Made by a program: the position numbers and the translations under genes. The notes beneath the pieces were generated by a model. The model was not told the DNA's origin. It made no database searches and was given only the letters and a program-made list of their open reading frames with translations. Shown piece after piece: positions 51,461 to 60,449 of a DNA stretch of 64,000 bases (position 1 is its first letter; the number at the start of each line of letters is the position of its first letter). Origin of the DNA: Thermodesulfobacteriota bacterium (lineage in GTDB: Bacteria; Desulfobacterota_D; UBA1144; Nemesobacterales; CSP1-2); contig JBAUII010000011.1 of the NCBI GenBank assembly GCA_049682815.1, forward strand, positions 14,881 to 78,880. The letters are read 5' to 3'.

Positions 51461-52624
51461 ATGAACCAAACGGGATTTTCCATTAGCGACGAAAAGGCAG
51501 ATATGACTACAGAAGGCCACGAGGTATATCCAGCCCTGCAAAAGCCTGCGATCGTGTTTGAACACGTTACCAAGAGATATGGTAATTTTGTAGCGCTTGA
51601 TAATGTTTCATTTGCTGTCAAGACGGGTGAGCTGTTTTCATTTCTGGGACCATCGGGTAGTGGTAAGACGACGATATTAAGAATTTTAGGAGGATTTGAA
51701 GAGCCCGAAGAGGGAAGCGTTTATATTTTTGGTAACCGAGTGAATGGGATTCCTCCGCACAAGAGAAAGAATGTGAATACGGTTTTTCAGAACTATGCTC
51801 TATTCCCACACATGAATGTTTTCGAAAATATCGCCTATGGTCTCAGGGTTGACGGGGTCAAGAGGGATGCTGTGAAGGAAAGGGTTAAAAATATGCTTAA
51901 GCTTATGAAACTTGAAGAGTGGGAGAAAAGTGAACCTCACCATCTTTCAGGTGGCATGAAACAGCGTGTAGCGCTTGCGAGGGCCCTGATTAAAGAACCC
52001 GAAGTGCTTCTACTTGACGAGCCTTTGAGCGCGTTGGACTTGAAAATCAGACAGCATCTTCTGATTGAACTGAAGAATCTCCACGAGAGGATCGGTTCGA
52101 CATTCATCTACGTAACCCATGATCAGGGAGAGGCTTTAAGTATCTCTGACAGAATTCTAATTCTCGACAGGGGAAATATAGTTCAGATTGGAACGCCTGT
52201 AGAAATATACGAGAATCCTTCAACTCGGTTTTCCGCAGAATTTATAGGTGATATGAATTTCATCGATGGAACGGTAATTAGGTCAGAAACTGATAAAGCA
52301 ATCGTAAAGATTGACAGCGTAGGCGAGGTTATTGTAATATCAAACGGGGGCATATCTGAAGGCGACAACATTACTGTCAGTGTGAGACCTGAGAGGGTGG
52401 TTTTGCATAAGGATCTTGAGAAAGCAGACGCTTTAAACTGCGTTGCTGGAAAACTGGTTGAGACAATTTACGAAGGATCTGTCGTGGAATACATTATTAA
52501 TTTGGAAAACGGGCTAGTGGTTACAGCTGAGGCACGGGGTGGTGATGCAATTAACAAATTTACAGTTGGGGATCCTCTCTATTTCTGTTGGATGGTTGAA
52601 GACGCAATTGTTTTGAAAAATTAA
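51461..52624 (+). CDS. potA: spermidine/putrescine ABC transporter ATP-binding protein
   Basis: Walker A GPSGSGKTT, signature LSGGMKQRVALARAL, and a C-terminal TOBE domain. Confidence 0.85.
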   Translation: MNQTGFSISDEKADMTTEGHEVYPALQKPAIVFEHVTKRYGNFVALDNVSFAVKTGELFSFLGPSGSGKTTILRILGGFEEPEEGSVYIFGNRVNGIPPHKRKNVNTVFQNYALFPHMNVFENIAYGLRVDGVKRDAVKERVKNMLKLMKLEEWEKSEPHHLSGGMKQRVALARALIKEPEVLLLDEPLSALDLKIRQHLLIELKNLHERIGSTFIYVTHDQGEALSISDRILILDRGNIVQIGTPVEIYENPSTRFSAEFIGDMNFIDGTVIRSETDKAIVKIDSVGEVIVISNGGISEGDNITVSVRPERVVLHKDLEKADALNCVAGKLVETIYEGSVVEYIINLENGLVVTAEARGGDAINKFTVGDPLYFCWMVEDAIVLKN

Positions 52625-52649
52625 ATCCTTATAGAGGAGGTAAGCAAAC

Positions 52650-53741
52650 ATGTTTAGAGGTAGAATTTTAAATATAGGGTTAGTAGCAGCGGTGATGGTA
52701 TTCCTTATATTTTTGTTCTTCCTGGGTTTACCATGGACTGCTCCCTCGAAGGCTGAAAAAGTCACGCTCAGTGCCCTGGTATGGGAAGGTTATACGGATG
52801 AGTCATTTACTAAGCAATTTTTAGAAAAGTACGGCGCCGAAGTGAAGGGTACGTATGTGGGAGGAATGGACGAATTCTTTGCGAAGGTAAAAGCAGGAGG
52901 TGCTGCGGCGTATGACCTTGTATGTCTCTCGAGTAACCTTCCAAAACGGATGATAGATTCTGATCTTGTCGAACCAGTGGATCTAAAAAATATTCCTAAT
53001 TACAGTGATATATTCGAGTTCTTCAGAAAGCTTGAATATAACAAGAAGGACGGAAAGATCTACGGTGTAAATTATACGTGGGGACCCGACCCCGTTACCT
53101 ATAGGACGGATGTTTTCGATAAATGTCCCACCTGGGATGACTTTAAGAATCCGGAGTATAAGGGTAAGCTGTCGGTTCCTGGAGAAGATAATACAGCCGT
53201 TTTCCAGGCTGGTATCCTCCTAGGTTATGACCCTTACGAGATGGATAAATCTAAATTGGACGAGGCGAAGAAGCTACTTACTCAGTGGAGACCACAGATA
53301 AGGGCCTTTTGGTCAACAGCGGGTGAGCTTACAAATCTAATTGCGAATAAAGAGGTGGTGGGTGCCATCTCATGGCCTATCATAACTGCCGATCTTAAGA
53401 AGCAAGGTATTCCCGTAGCTGAGTGCATTCCAGATCCGGGGACCACTGGATGGATTGACCAATGGATGGTTGTAAAGGGAACCAAGCATAAGGACTTGGC
53501 GGAGAAGTGGATTAACTTTGCGATCAGCCCCGAAGGGCAGATGGGTGTCTTCAAGGTAACAAACTATTTCATAGTAAACCCTAAAACTGCGCCTCTTATG
53601 ACACCCGAGGAAAGGGCTTTCACTCATATAGATGATCCAAACTATATTCTTGAGGCTTCGGAGAAGATTAAGTGGTGGCAACCGGTAATGAATGAGGACG
53701 AATATAATGAGGTTCGTCAGGCATTTAAGACTGCGAAGTAA
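52650..53741 (+). CDS. potD: spermidine/putrescine ABC transporter substrate-binding protein (PotD/PotF family)
   Basis: Signal/anchor sequence plus family-1 SBP fold, with length and motifs consistent with PotD/PotF. Confidence 0.75.
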   Translation: MFRGRILNIGLVAAVMVFLIFLFFLGLPWTAPSKAEKVTLSALVWEGYTDESFTKQFLEKYGAEVKGTYVGGMDEFFAKVKAGGAAAYDLVCLSSNLPKRMIDSDLVEPVDLKNIPNYSDIFEFFRKLEYNKKDGKIYGVNYTWGPDPVTYRTDVFDKCPTWDDFKNPEYKGKLSVPGEDNTAVFQAGILLGYDPYEMDKSKLDEAKKLLTQWRPQIRAFWSTAGELTNLIANKEVVGAISWPIITADLKKQGIPVAECIPDPGTTGWIDQWMVVKGTKHKDLAEKWINFAISPEGQMGVFKVTNYFIVNPKTAPLMTPEERAFTHIDDPNYILEASEKIKWWQPVMNEDEYNEVRQAFKTAK

Positions 53742-53903
53742 CGTTTTTCAGGTTATTTGTCTGGTATTTGTAATGAGATTATGGTTAATTGGGCGGCCAG
53801 ACGACATCTGAGTCGCCCTGATATATTACAACTTAAACGCTACAAGTTGGTTAAGCCCTAATCTTATAGTAGTGTCAGCACCACAAACTCTCGATATGAC
53901 TGC

Positions 53904-54758
53904 ATGAAGGGAAGAAGGCTAGATTTTATTATTCTTATAGCTATTCCGATCTTATGGATTACTATCCTTGAGATCTTTGCTTACAGTGTTCTGCTTATCT
54001 ACTCCTTCTGGGATACTGAATACTTAACAGTCATCAGGGAATTTACACTAAAAAACTTCGTCAAGATTTTTACGACTCCCCTTTACTATGGGACAATACT
54101 CAAGACTATTGGTATCGGTGCCACGGTGTCAGTCCTTTCTCTTATACTGGGATATCCGGTGGCCTTTTTCATTGCGTACAGAATAAAAAGATATAAGAAT
54201 CTGTTTTTGCTCCTTGTAATCATGCAGCTCTGGATCAGCTATTTGGTGAGAGCTTACGCATGGAAGATAGTTCTCGGGACTAACGGAGTAATAAACCAGT
54301 TTCTACTTTTTGTCGGAATGATTGATGAACCACTTAGTATTCTGCTTTACAGCAAGTTTGCATTGGTGCTCGTGCTAACAATGGCTTTTATCGCGTTTCT
54401 TATCATTCCCGTATACGCCATGCTTGAAAAGATACCTGCGGAATTTCTTCAGGCATCTTACGATTTGGGAGCCGGAAGGTTTACAACATTCTGGCGTGTG
54501 ATCTTTCCTCTCACTCTTCCCGGAGTTATAGCGGGAATAACATCTGTGTTTGCCCTGAGCGTTGGTGATTTTGTGGCCGCCCTTTTGGTTGGTGGTCCTG
54601 AGGGAATAATGATAGGAAATATCATATGGAGCCTCTTCGGAAGCGCGTTTCAGTGGACACTTGGTGCCGCAAACGGTTTAGTTCTTATACTTCTTGTCGC
54701 GTTCATATTATATGTGAGCGAAAAAGTCGCTGCACGTTATAGCGGAATGGAAATTTAA
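53904..54758 (+). CDS. potB: spermidine/putrescine ABC transporter permease (PotB-like)
   Basis: Six TM helices and the EAA-loop region ASYDLGAGRFTTFWRVIFPLTLPG. Confidence 0.8.
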   Translation: MKGRRLDFIILIAIPILWITILEIFAYSVLLIYSFWDTEYLTVIREFTLKNFVKIFTTPLYYGTILKTIGIGATVSVLSLILGYPVAFFIAYRIKRYKNLFLLLVIMQLWISYLVRAYAWKIVLGTNGVINQFLLFVGMIDEPLSILLYSKFALVLVLTMAFIAFLIIPVYAMLEKIPAEFLQASYDLGAGRFTTFWRVIFPLTLPGVIAGITSVFALSVGDFVAALLVGGPEGIMIGNIIWSLFGSAFQWTLGAANGLVLILLVAFILYVSEKVAARYSGMEI

Positions 54759-54778
54759 ATAGGTAGTGTAATTTTATC

Positions 54779-55642
54779 ATGCCGAGATCCTTAAAAGTTG
54801 AAAAGCATCTGGGAATGGCTAAACCCTTTTCCGCAGGAGACTTAATACTAAAGCTCTACGTCGTTTTATTCTTTATCGTTCTGTATTCGCCAATTGTTAT
54901 AGTGGTTGTATTTTCCTTTAATGATTCGCCGTTTAGTTATTTCCCATTTAAGAAATTTACATTTCATTGGTATAAGGCGTTCTTCAATAACCAGGATCTT
55001 ATGCAGGCGGTTTTTAACAGCATTAAGGTAGGGATTGCAGCCACCATATTTTCTATGATTGTGGGTACACTGCTTGCCCTTGCCATGGATGAATACATTT
55101 TTCCCCTTAAGGGGCTCTTTCACAGGGTTTCAACCTGGCCTATAACCTTTCCGGGCATAATCACTGGAATTGCACTCCTGCTTTTTTGCTCTTACGCAAA
55201 GCTTGGCCTTTCTCTGTTTACGGTTGCAATCGGACATATAACATTCTGCATTCCTGTTGTTTATCTAGAGGTTCTAGCACGCCTTAAGGCTATGGATAAA
55301 TCTATGGTTCTTGCGGCTATGGACCTAGGAGCAAGCAGATGGAGGGCAATATTGAGTATAGTGCTCCCAAATATCAAGACCGCACTACTTGGCGCCGCGC
55401 TTCTTGCGTTTACCCTATCTTTTGATGAGATCATTGTAACCATATTTCTTACAGGGAGGGATAACACGCTTCCGATGCAGATATGGGCAATGCTCCGAAG
55501 GGGAATGACACCTGAGATAAACGCTGTAGGAACTATCATTCTTCTAGTTTCAATAACGAGTGTTCTCATATGGGAAAGACTGAGGTCAAGGGGAATGGAG
55601 CAAGAAAGAATCGAAATGGCAAAAGCGCAATTGAGGATGTAA
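54779..55642 (+). CDS. potC: spermidine/putrescine ABC transporter permease (PotC-like)
   Basis: Six TM helices and the EAA loop AAMDLGASRWRAILSIVLPN. Confidence 0.8.
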   Translation: MPRSLKVEKHLGMAKPFSAGDLILKLYVVLFFIVLYSPIVIVVVFSFNDSPFSYFPFKKFTFHWYKAFFNNQDLMQAVFNSIKVGIAATIFSMIVGTLLALAMDEYIFPLKGLFHRVSTWPITFPGIITGIALLLFCSYAKLGLSLFTVAIGHITFCIPVVYLEVLARLKAMDKSMVLAAMDLGASRWRAILSIVLPNIKTALLGAALLAFTLSFDEIIVTIFLTGRDNTLPMQIWAMLRRGMTPEINAVGTIILLVSITSVLIWERLRSRGMEQERIEMAKAQLRM

Positions 55643-55998
55643 TATAGCTTTAGATTTTGTTTTATAACCTTATTGTGACTCTTTCTCTACTTTTAGGATT
55701 TTCCTAAGAAAAGAAATGAAACGGGGGGAAGAAGTCGCTATTTTTTACGAAGCTCTCCCACAGTCAGTGACTCTCGTTCGTTTTTGGAGATAGAATTGCG
55801 ATATCTAGCGGATAAAAACCAAAATAACAGGGCAAGGGTCCTGAAACTGAAGAGGATGGGCCAGGCAATTGGCCATGTAAATTTTAGTTATAGTTGAATA
55901 ATCGATAAGACTTGCTGGTAGAGATTTTGATTATATTTGTTCCATGCACTGGCGGGATTTGCATCTGCTCTTATTTATTGAACCGGGCACGACTAATC

Positions 55999-57789
55999 CT
56001 ACATTTTTTTCAAATCCAGCTTTATCCCCAATTCAATAAGCTGCTTTTCTTCTACTTTAGAAGGGGCTTCGGTTAGCGGACATCCCCCTTTTTGCGTCTT
56101 TGGAAAGGCAATCACGTCCCTTATGGAGTCTACTCCAGCAAGTAACATAACTAGTCTATCCAGACCTAGAGCGATACCACCGTGAGGTGGTGCTCCAAAT
56201 TCTAGTGCTTCTAGGAGGAACCCGAACTTACTTTTCGCTTCATTTGGCTCTATTCCCAGTTTGTTGAAAATGGCTTCTTGTAAATCCTTCCTGTGTATTC
56301 TTATACTACCGCCGCCGATCTCGACCCCGTTAAGTACTATGTCATAAGCCCTTGATCTAACCGCTTCGGGATTATCATCGAGTAAGTTTAGGTTATCTTC
56401 TTTTGGAGACGTGAAGGGATGATGTAACGATATATATCTATTTTCACTCTCATCAAATTCCAACAATGGAAAATCCGTGACCCATACTAGTTCATAAGCA
56501 TCAATTGGAATCAGGTTGAGAGATTTCCCAAAACTCAATCTAAGATTTGATAGGACTAGATTCACCATATAAGACCTATCCGCTGCGAAAAATATGATGT
56601 CTTTATCTTCGATGCCTAAAGCACCTTTCAGTTGTTCCTTCTCTGTCTCGCTGAGGAATTTAACAATAGGGGATTGCCATTCACCATTATCAGCTCTTAT
56701 CCACGCCAGACCCTTAGCGCCCAATGATTTCGCATATTCGGTCTGGTCGTCTATTTGTTTTCTTGACAGTACGTTAGCTTTCCCCTTCAGATTTAATGCT
56801 TTGATTATCCCCCCTTTTTTTACCGTATCGCTAAAAACTCTGAATTCCGAATTTTTGAATATCTGTGTTATGTCATTCAACTCTAATCCGAATCTGGTAT
56901 CTGGCCTATCGTTACCATATTTCAACATTGCCTCATCAAAGCTTATTCTTCGAAAAGGAGTACGAATCTCTTTGTCCTTTACCTCTTTAAAAATGGCGTT
57001 CAGCATACCTTCAACCGTTTCTATCACATCATCTTCCCCTACAAATGACATCTCCATATCTATTTGGGTGAATTCAGGCTGTCTGTCCGCCCTCAGGTCT
57101 TCGTCGCGGAAGCATTTCGCGATCTGATAATACTTGTCAAATCCCGAAATCATAAGCGTTTGTTTCAACAACTGTGGTGATTGGGGAAGCGCATAGAACT
57201 CGCCCTGATTAAGCCTGCTTGGAACCAGGAAATCCCTCGCTCCTTCGGGTGTAGATCTTGTGAGTTGAGGTGTTTCGAACTCAATGAACCCATGAGAATT
57301 AAGATAGTTTCTTGTCGTGCTTACAACCTTATGTCTGAGCAACATATTTTCTTTCATTACAGGTCTTCTCAGATCGAGATACCGGTACTTCATTCTTAAA
57401 AGTTCATCAACGATTATGTCATTTTCGATCAAGAAAGGAAGAACCTTTGACTGATTTAAAATTCGTATCTCCTGTGCTATAACCTCAATCTCGCCGGTTT
57501 TAATATTTGGATTTATTGTTTCGGGCGTTCGATTCGAGACTATACCTTTGACGGCAATTACCCATTCATCCTTGATTGTTTCCGCCTTCTTATGGGAATC
57601 AAGGCTTTTTTCGGGATTGAAGACGACTTGGATTAATCCTTCACGGTCTCTTAGATCAACGAAAATTACTCCACCGTGATCCCTGTGGGATTGGACCCAA
57701 CCCATTATGATTACTTCGCGATTTAGATCTTCCGTGCCAAGATTTCCGCAATAATCCGTCCTTTTCCACTCACCTAACAGCTCGAGCAT
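55999..57789 (-). CDS. aspS: aspartate--tRNA ligase
   Basis: Class II aaRS motifs ([23 protein letters not shown], the GLDR region) and an N-terminal OB anticodon-binding domain. The start is probably the internal Met ([15 protein letters not shown]) rather than the track start at 57825. Confidence 0.88.
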   Translation of the reverse strand: MLELLGEWKRTDYCGNLGTEDLNREVIIMGWVQSHRDHGGVIFVDLRDREGLIQVVFNPEKSLDSHKKAETIKDEWVIAVKGIVSNRTPETINPNIKTGEIEVIAQEIRILNQSKVLPFLIENDIIVDELLRMKYRYLDLRRPVMKENMLLRHKVVSTTRNYLNSHGFIEFETPQLTRSTPEGARDFLVPSRLNQGEFYALPQSPQLLKQTLMISGFDKYYQIAKCFRDEDLRADRQPEFTQIDMEMSFVGEDDVIETVEGMLNAIFKEVKDKEIRTPFRRISFDEAMLKYGNDRPDTRFGLELNDITQIFKNSEFRVFSDTVKKGGIIKALNLKGKANVLSRKQIDDQTEYAKSLGAKGLAWIRADNGEWQSPIVKFLSETEKEQLKGALGIEDKDIIFFAADRSYMVNLVLSNLRLSFGKSLNLIPIDAYELVWVTDFPLLEFDESENRYISLHHPFTSPKEDNLNLLDDNPEAVRSRAYDIVLNGVEIGGGSIRIHRKDLQEAIFNKLGIEPNEAKSKFGFLLEALEFGAPPHGGIALGLDRLVMLLAGVDSIRDVIAFPKTQKGGCPLTEAPSKVEEKQLIELGIKLDLKKM

Positions 57790-57922
57790 GCTGAAGAACT
57801 CCCTTAGATTTAAGTTTAGAAGCAAAAAATGTTAACTTTATTAAATAATGTTAGCAAGGTGTAAGATTCATGTTGTCGTACGAAATCATTTTCGCGGAAT
57901 TATAGCATTTGTTTAAGGAATT

Positions 57923-57983
57923 GTAGGGGCAGACCTGCGTGTCTGCCCAAAGGATAAGGGCGAACACAGGGATTCGCCCCTAC
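57923..57983. repeat. REP doublet: two 26-nt GTAG-type repetitive extragenic palindromes in inverted orientation (GTAGGGGCAGACCTGCGTGTCTGCCC ... 9-nt spacer ... complement of GTAGGGGCGAATCCCTGTGTTCGCCC)
   Basis: Each unit starts with GTAGGGGC, has an internal hairpin, and ends GCCC. The two units are head-to-head, as in BIME-like REP pairs, and lie directly 5' of a RAYT-like transposase fragment. Confidence 0.6.
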
Positions 57984-58006
57984 ATAAAATAATCCAATGG
58001 TTTAAA

Positions 58007-58195
58007 ATGATGAGAACAAATGAATACATTAGGGATGTGAAACAGGGTGAATTAAAGCCGTTCCATGGTAAATTCTGGCAGCGGAACTATTATGAACACA
58101 GTACGCGTGATGAAGATGATTTGAATAAAATAAGGCAATATATTCAGAACAATCCATTGGAGTGGCATTCGGACGTTGAAAATCCCAATAGATAA
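58007..58195 (+). pseudogene. truncated IS200/IS605-family Y1 (HUH) transposase / REP-associated tyrosine transposase (RAYT), C-terminal fragment
   Basis: 62 aa ...GKFWQRNYYEHSTRDEDDLNKIRQYIQNNPLEWHSD, the conserved C-terminal block of TnpA_REP/IS200 transposases. The N-terminal HuH and catalytic Tyr regions are absent, so it is a relic. The same frame is open upstream through the REP doublet to about 57917. Confidence 0.65.
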
Positions 58196-58217
58196 GCCGG
58201 AGGATGATATTTTGTGG

Positions 58218-58250
58218 TAGAGACGCAAAAATTTGCGTCTCTACATTTTT
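58218..58250 (+). terminator. 26-nt palindrome TAGAGACGCAAAAATTTGCGTCTCTA followed by a T6 run; intrinsic-terminator-like element, second copy of a dispersed palindromic repeat (see 4852-4877)
   Basis: About a 10-12 bp stem with a central AAAAATTT loop, then CATTTTTTC. A nearly identical palindrome occurs at 4852-4877 between eno and leuC. Confidence 0.45.
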
Positions 58251-58256
58251 TCAAAT

Positions 58257-59156
58257 ATGAAAACTACAGATAATTTCCATTCAGGTTTTATTTCGATAGT
58301 AGGTAGTCCCAATGTTGGAAAGTCAACATTGCTAAACGTCCTAGTTGGAAGAAAAATATCTGCCGTTTCTGAAAAGCCGAACACTACGAGAAACCGAATT
58401 GTCGGTATTAAAAATTTGCCTTGCGCTCAGCTTATATTTCTTGATACCCCTGGTATTCATAGGGCGGCCAAGGGATCGCTTGGCAAAGGAATGGTTCAGG
58501 CTTCGATGGCAGCGCTTGGAGAGGCAGATGTTATCTTATTACTGATGGATGTGAAGTCACCATTTAATAAGCAAGATCTATATGTAATTAATAACCTTCC
58601 CAAGCCGGCTATTTTGGTATTGAACAAGATTGATTTGATAAAGAAATCGATGATCCTGAACATCATCAATCAATCTCAGCAGTTTGAAGATAAGTTTGTG
58701 GAAGTCTTGCCAGTCTCCGCATTACAAGCGGATGGGATCGATGATCTGATACAAACTACAGTAAAATACCTTCCAATCGGTCCAAAATACTTTCCAGACG
58801 ATATGATTACCGATAGATCAGAAGGGTTTCTGATTGCGGAACTGATTAGAGAAAAGGTGTTTAGCCTGACCCGTGACGAGGTTCCATATAAAACCGCAGT
58901 ACTTGTCGAGGAGATTGATGAAGTGCCAGAGAGGAATTTGGTGAGAATTTCTGCCTTGATCTATGTTGAAAGAAAAACTCACAGGGGAATTATTATAGGT
59001 AATCAAGGCCAAATGTTGAAGAGAATAGGAAGCCTTGCAAGGGCAGAAATTGAAAGAATATTGGGGGCAAAGGTCTATCTCAAACTTTGGGTCAAGGTCA
59101 GGGAAAGATGGAGTGAGAGAGGCGACCTGATTGATGAGTTTGGATATGCTAGGTAG
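58257..59156 (+). CDS. era: GTPase Era
   Basis: G1 GSPNVGKST, G3 DTPG, G4 NKID, and a C-terminal KH domain. The start is likely ATG at 58257 (MKTTDNFHSGF) rather than the track start at 58233, which overlaps the palindrome. Confidence 0.88.
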   Translation: MKTTDNFHSGFISIVGSPNVGKSTLLNVLVGRKISAVSEKPNTTRNRIVGIKNLPCAQLIFLDTPGIHRAAKGSLGKGMVQASMAALGEADVILLLMDVKSPFNKQDLYVINNLPKPAILVLNKIDLIKKSMILNIINQSQQFEDKFVEVLPVSALQADGIDDLIQTTVKYLPIGPKYFPDDMITDRSEGFLIAELIREKVFSLTRDEVPYKTAVLVEEIDEVPERNLVRISALIYVERKTHRGIIIGNQGQMLKRIGSLARAEIERILGAKVYLKLWVKVRERWSERGDLIDEFGYAR

Positions 59157-59258
59157 GTAAAGGATGCAGGATGCATGATCCACGATACAAGATTCGTCTA
59201 AAGGTGGTATAGCAAATGATTATTGATATCGTGGAAACTGAATTAGAGGGGATATCTC

Positions 59259-59765
59259 ATGGACACATGTGAATGTATAAGAAAAAGAAGGGATATCAGG
59301 AGCTTTATTTACAAGGAAGTTCCAGAAGATGTGATCATGAAAATAGTTGAGGCTGGCAGATTGGCTCCGAGTGCGATGAATCTTCAGCCCTGGGATTTTA
59401 TCATAATAAAAGATAATCAGACCATAGGAGCACTAGGACCTATCTGCACAAGCGGGAGGTTTGTTGTAGACGCCTCATTTGCCGTAGTTGTTGTTACGGA
59501 TCCTTCAAATAAATGGCATGAGATAGACGGGGCAAGGGCAGTTCAGAATATGGCACTTGCCGGGTGGAATGAAGGGGTGGGCTGCTGCTGGATTGGAGCG
59601 ATTAACAGGGAAAGGGTCAAGGAGATGCTCAATATTCCCCAGAAGTTACATGTTCTTACGATTCTTCCCTTTGGGTACCCCGAGCAATTTACAGTTAAGA
59701 GGAAGAAGAATCGGAAGGCTCCCGGTGAGATTGTTCACAGAGAGAAATTTGGGGTTAAACTTTAG
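59259..59765 (+). CDS. nitroreductase family protein
   Basis: RRDIRSF...LAPSAMNLQPWDFIII FMN-binding motifs. 168 aa. Confidence 0.8.
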   Translation: MDTCECIRKRRDIRSFIYKEVPEDVIMKIVEAGRLAPSAMNLQPWDFIIIKDNQTIGALGPICTSGRFVVDASFAVVVVTDPSNKWHEIDGARAVQNMALAGWNEGVGCCWIGAINRERVKEMLNIPQKLHVLTILPFGYPEQFTVKRKKNRKAPGEIVHREKFGVKL

Positions 59766-59809
59766 TATAAGAATTCAGGAGGCAGGAGACAGAAGTTCTA
59801 AAGAAGCTC

Positions 59810-59873
59810 CAAATTACAAGCACCAAATTACAAACAAATTTCAAATAACAAATCTCAAATAACAAACAAATTC
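59810..59873. repeat. left inverted-repeat block (CA-rich) of the four-helix-bundle cassette
   Basis: 59810-59844 is the reverse complement of 60296-60330 (34 of 35 positions). 59843-59873 is the perfect reverse complement of 60414-60444 (31 nt). Confidence 0.7.
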
Positions 59874-59883
59874 TAATTCTCAA

Positions 59884-60237
59884 ATGACAAAGCCAAAGAA
59901 GTATGATTTAGAAGATAGGACATTCAGATTTGCTAAGGAAGTAATCAAATTTGTAAACGTCCTCCCAAGATCATTATCCAATTTTGAGATAGCGAAACAA
60001 GTCGTACGATCTTCGGGATCAGTGGGCGCAAATTATATTGAAGCAATTGAAGCACTTGGGAAAAAGGATTTTAAAATGAGAATTAAAATCTGTCGTAAAG
60101 AAGCAAAAGAAAGCGCTTACTGGGTAAAACTTGTAGAAGTCAACGATAAGGAAAGAGAACAAACTAGGCAACAGTTAATAGATGAAGCAGCGCAACTAAC
60201 GAGAATATTTAGCTCAATTCTTCAAAAATCTAAATAA
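59884..60237 (+). CDS. four-helix-bundle protein (TIGR02436, 23S rRNA intervening-sequence protein family; Avd-like)
   Basis: 117 aa with FRFAKEVIKF...LPRS...IAKQVVRSSGSVGANYIEA...KDF...RIKICRKEAKESAYWVKL, the hallmark motifs of this family. Confidence 0.85.
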   Translation: MTKPKKYDLEDRTFRFAKEVIKFVNVLPRSLSNFEIAKQVVRSSGSVGANYIEAIEALGKKDFKMRIKICRKEAKESAYWVKLVEVNDKEREQTRQQLIDEAAQLTRIFSSILQKSK

Positions 60238-60295
60238 ATGCCACTTCTTCAATTAGTGATCTACACGTAGCCTGTAATTTGATGCTTGAAAATTG

Positions 60296-60444
60296 AAATT
60301 TATTTGTAATTTGGTGCTTGTAATTTGTGGTTTATTAAGAAATTGAACATATCTTACGCGCTTATAGAGGAACAAGGTGACTTCTACCATTAAAAATTAA
60401 AAATTGTCATTTGGAATTTGTTTGTTATTTGAGATTTGTTATTT
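60296..60444. repeat. right inverted-repeat blocks (GT-rich) of the four-helix-bundle cassette
   Basis: 60296-60330 pairs with 59810-59844, and 60414-60444 pairs with 59843-59873. The right block abuts the stop codon of the convergent enoyl-CoA hydratase gene at 60450. Confidence 0.7.
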
Positions 60445-60449
60445 AGGAT

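Noticed and set aside
57923-57983. Cloverleaf-like 61-nt structure with a 7-8 bp outer stem and three internal hairpins (possible tRNA)
   Set aside because: The arms do not fit tRNA geometry: 6-nt D-loop, 3-4 bp anticodon stem with a 9-nt loop, no TPsiC loop, no discriminator/CCA. Its two halves are reverse-complement copies of one GTAG-headed 26-mer, so it is a REP doublet.
59884-60237. Diversity-generating retroelement (Avd-TR-RT) around the four-helix-bundle gene
   Set aside because: There is no reverse transcriptase gene and no template/variable repeat pair in the window. The flanking repeats are inverted, not TR/VR-like direct repeats.
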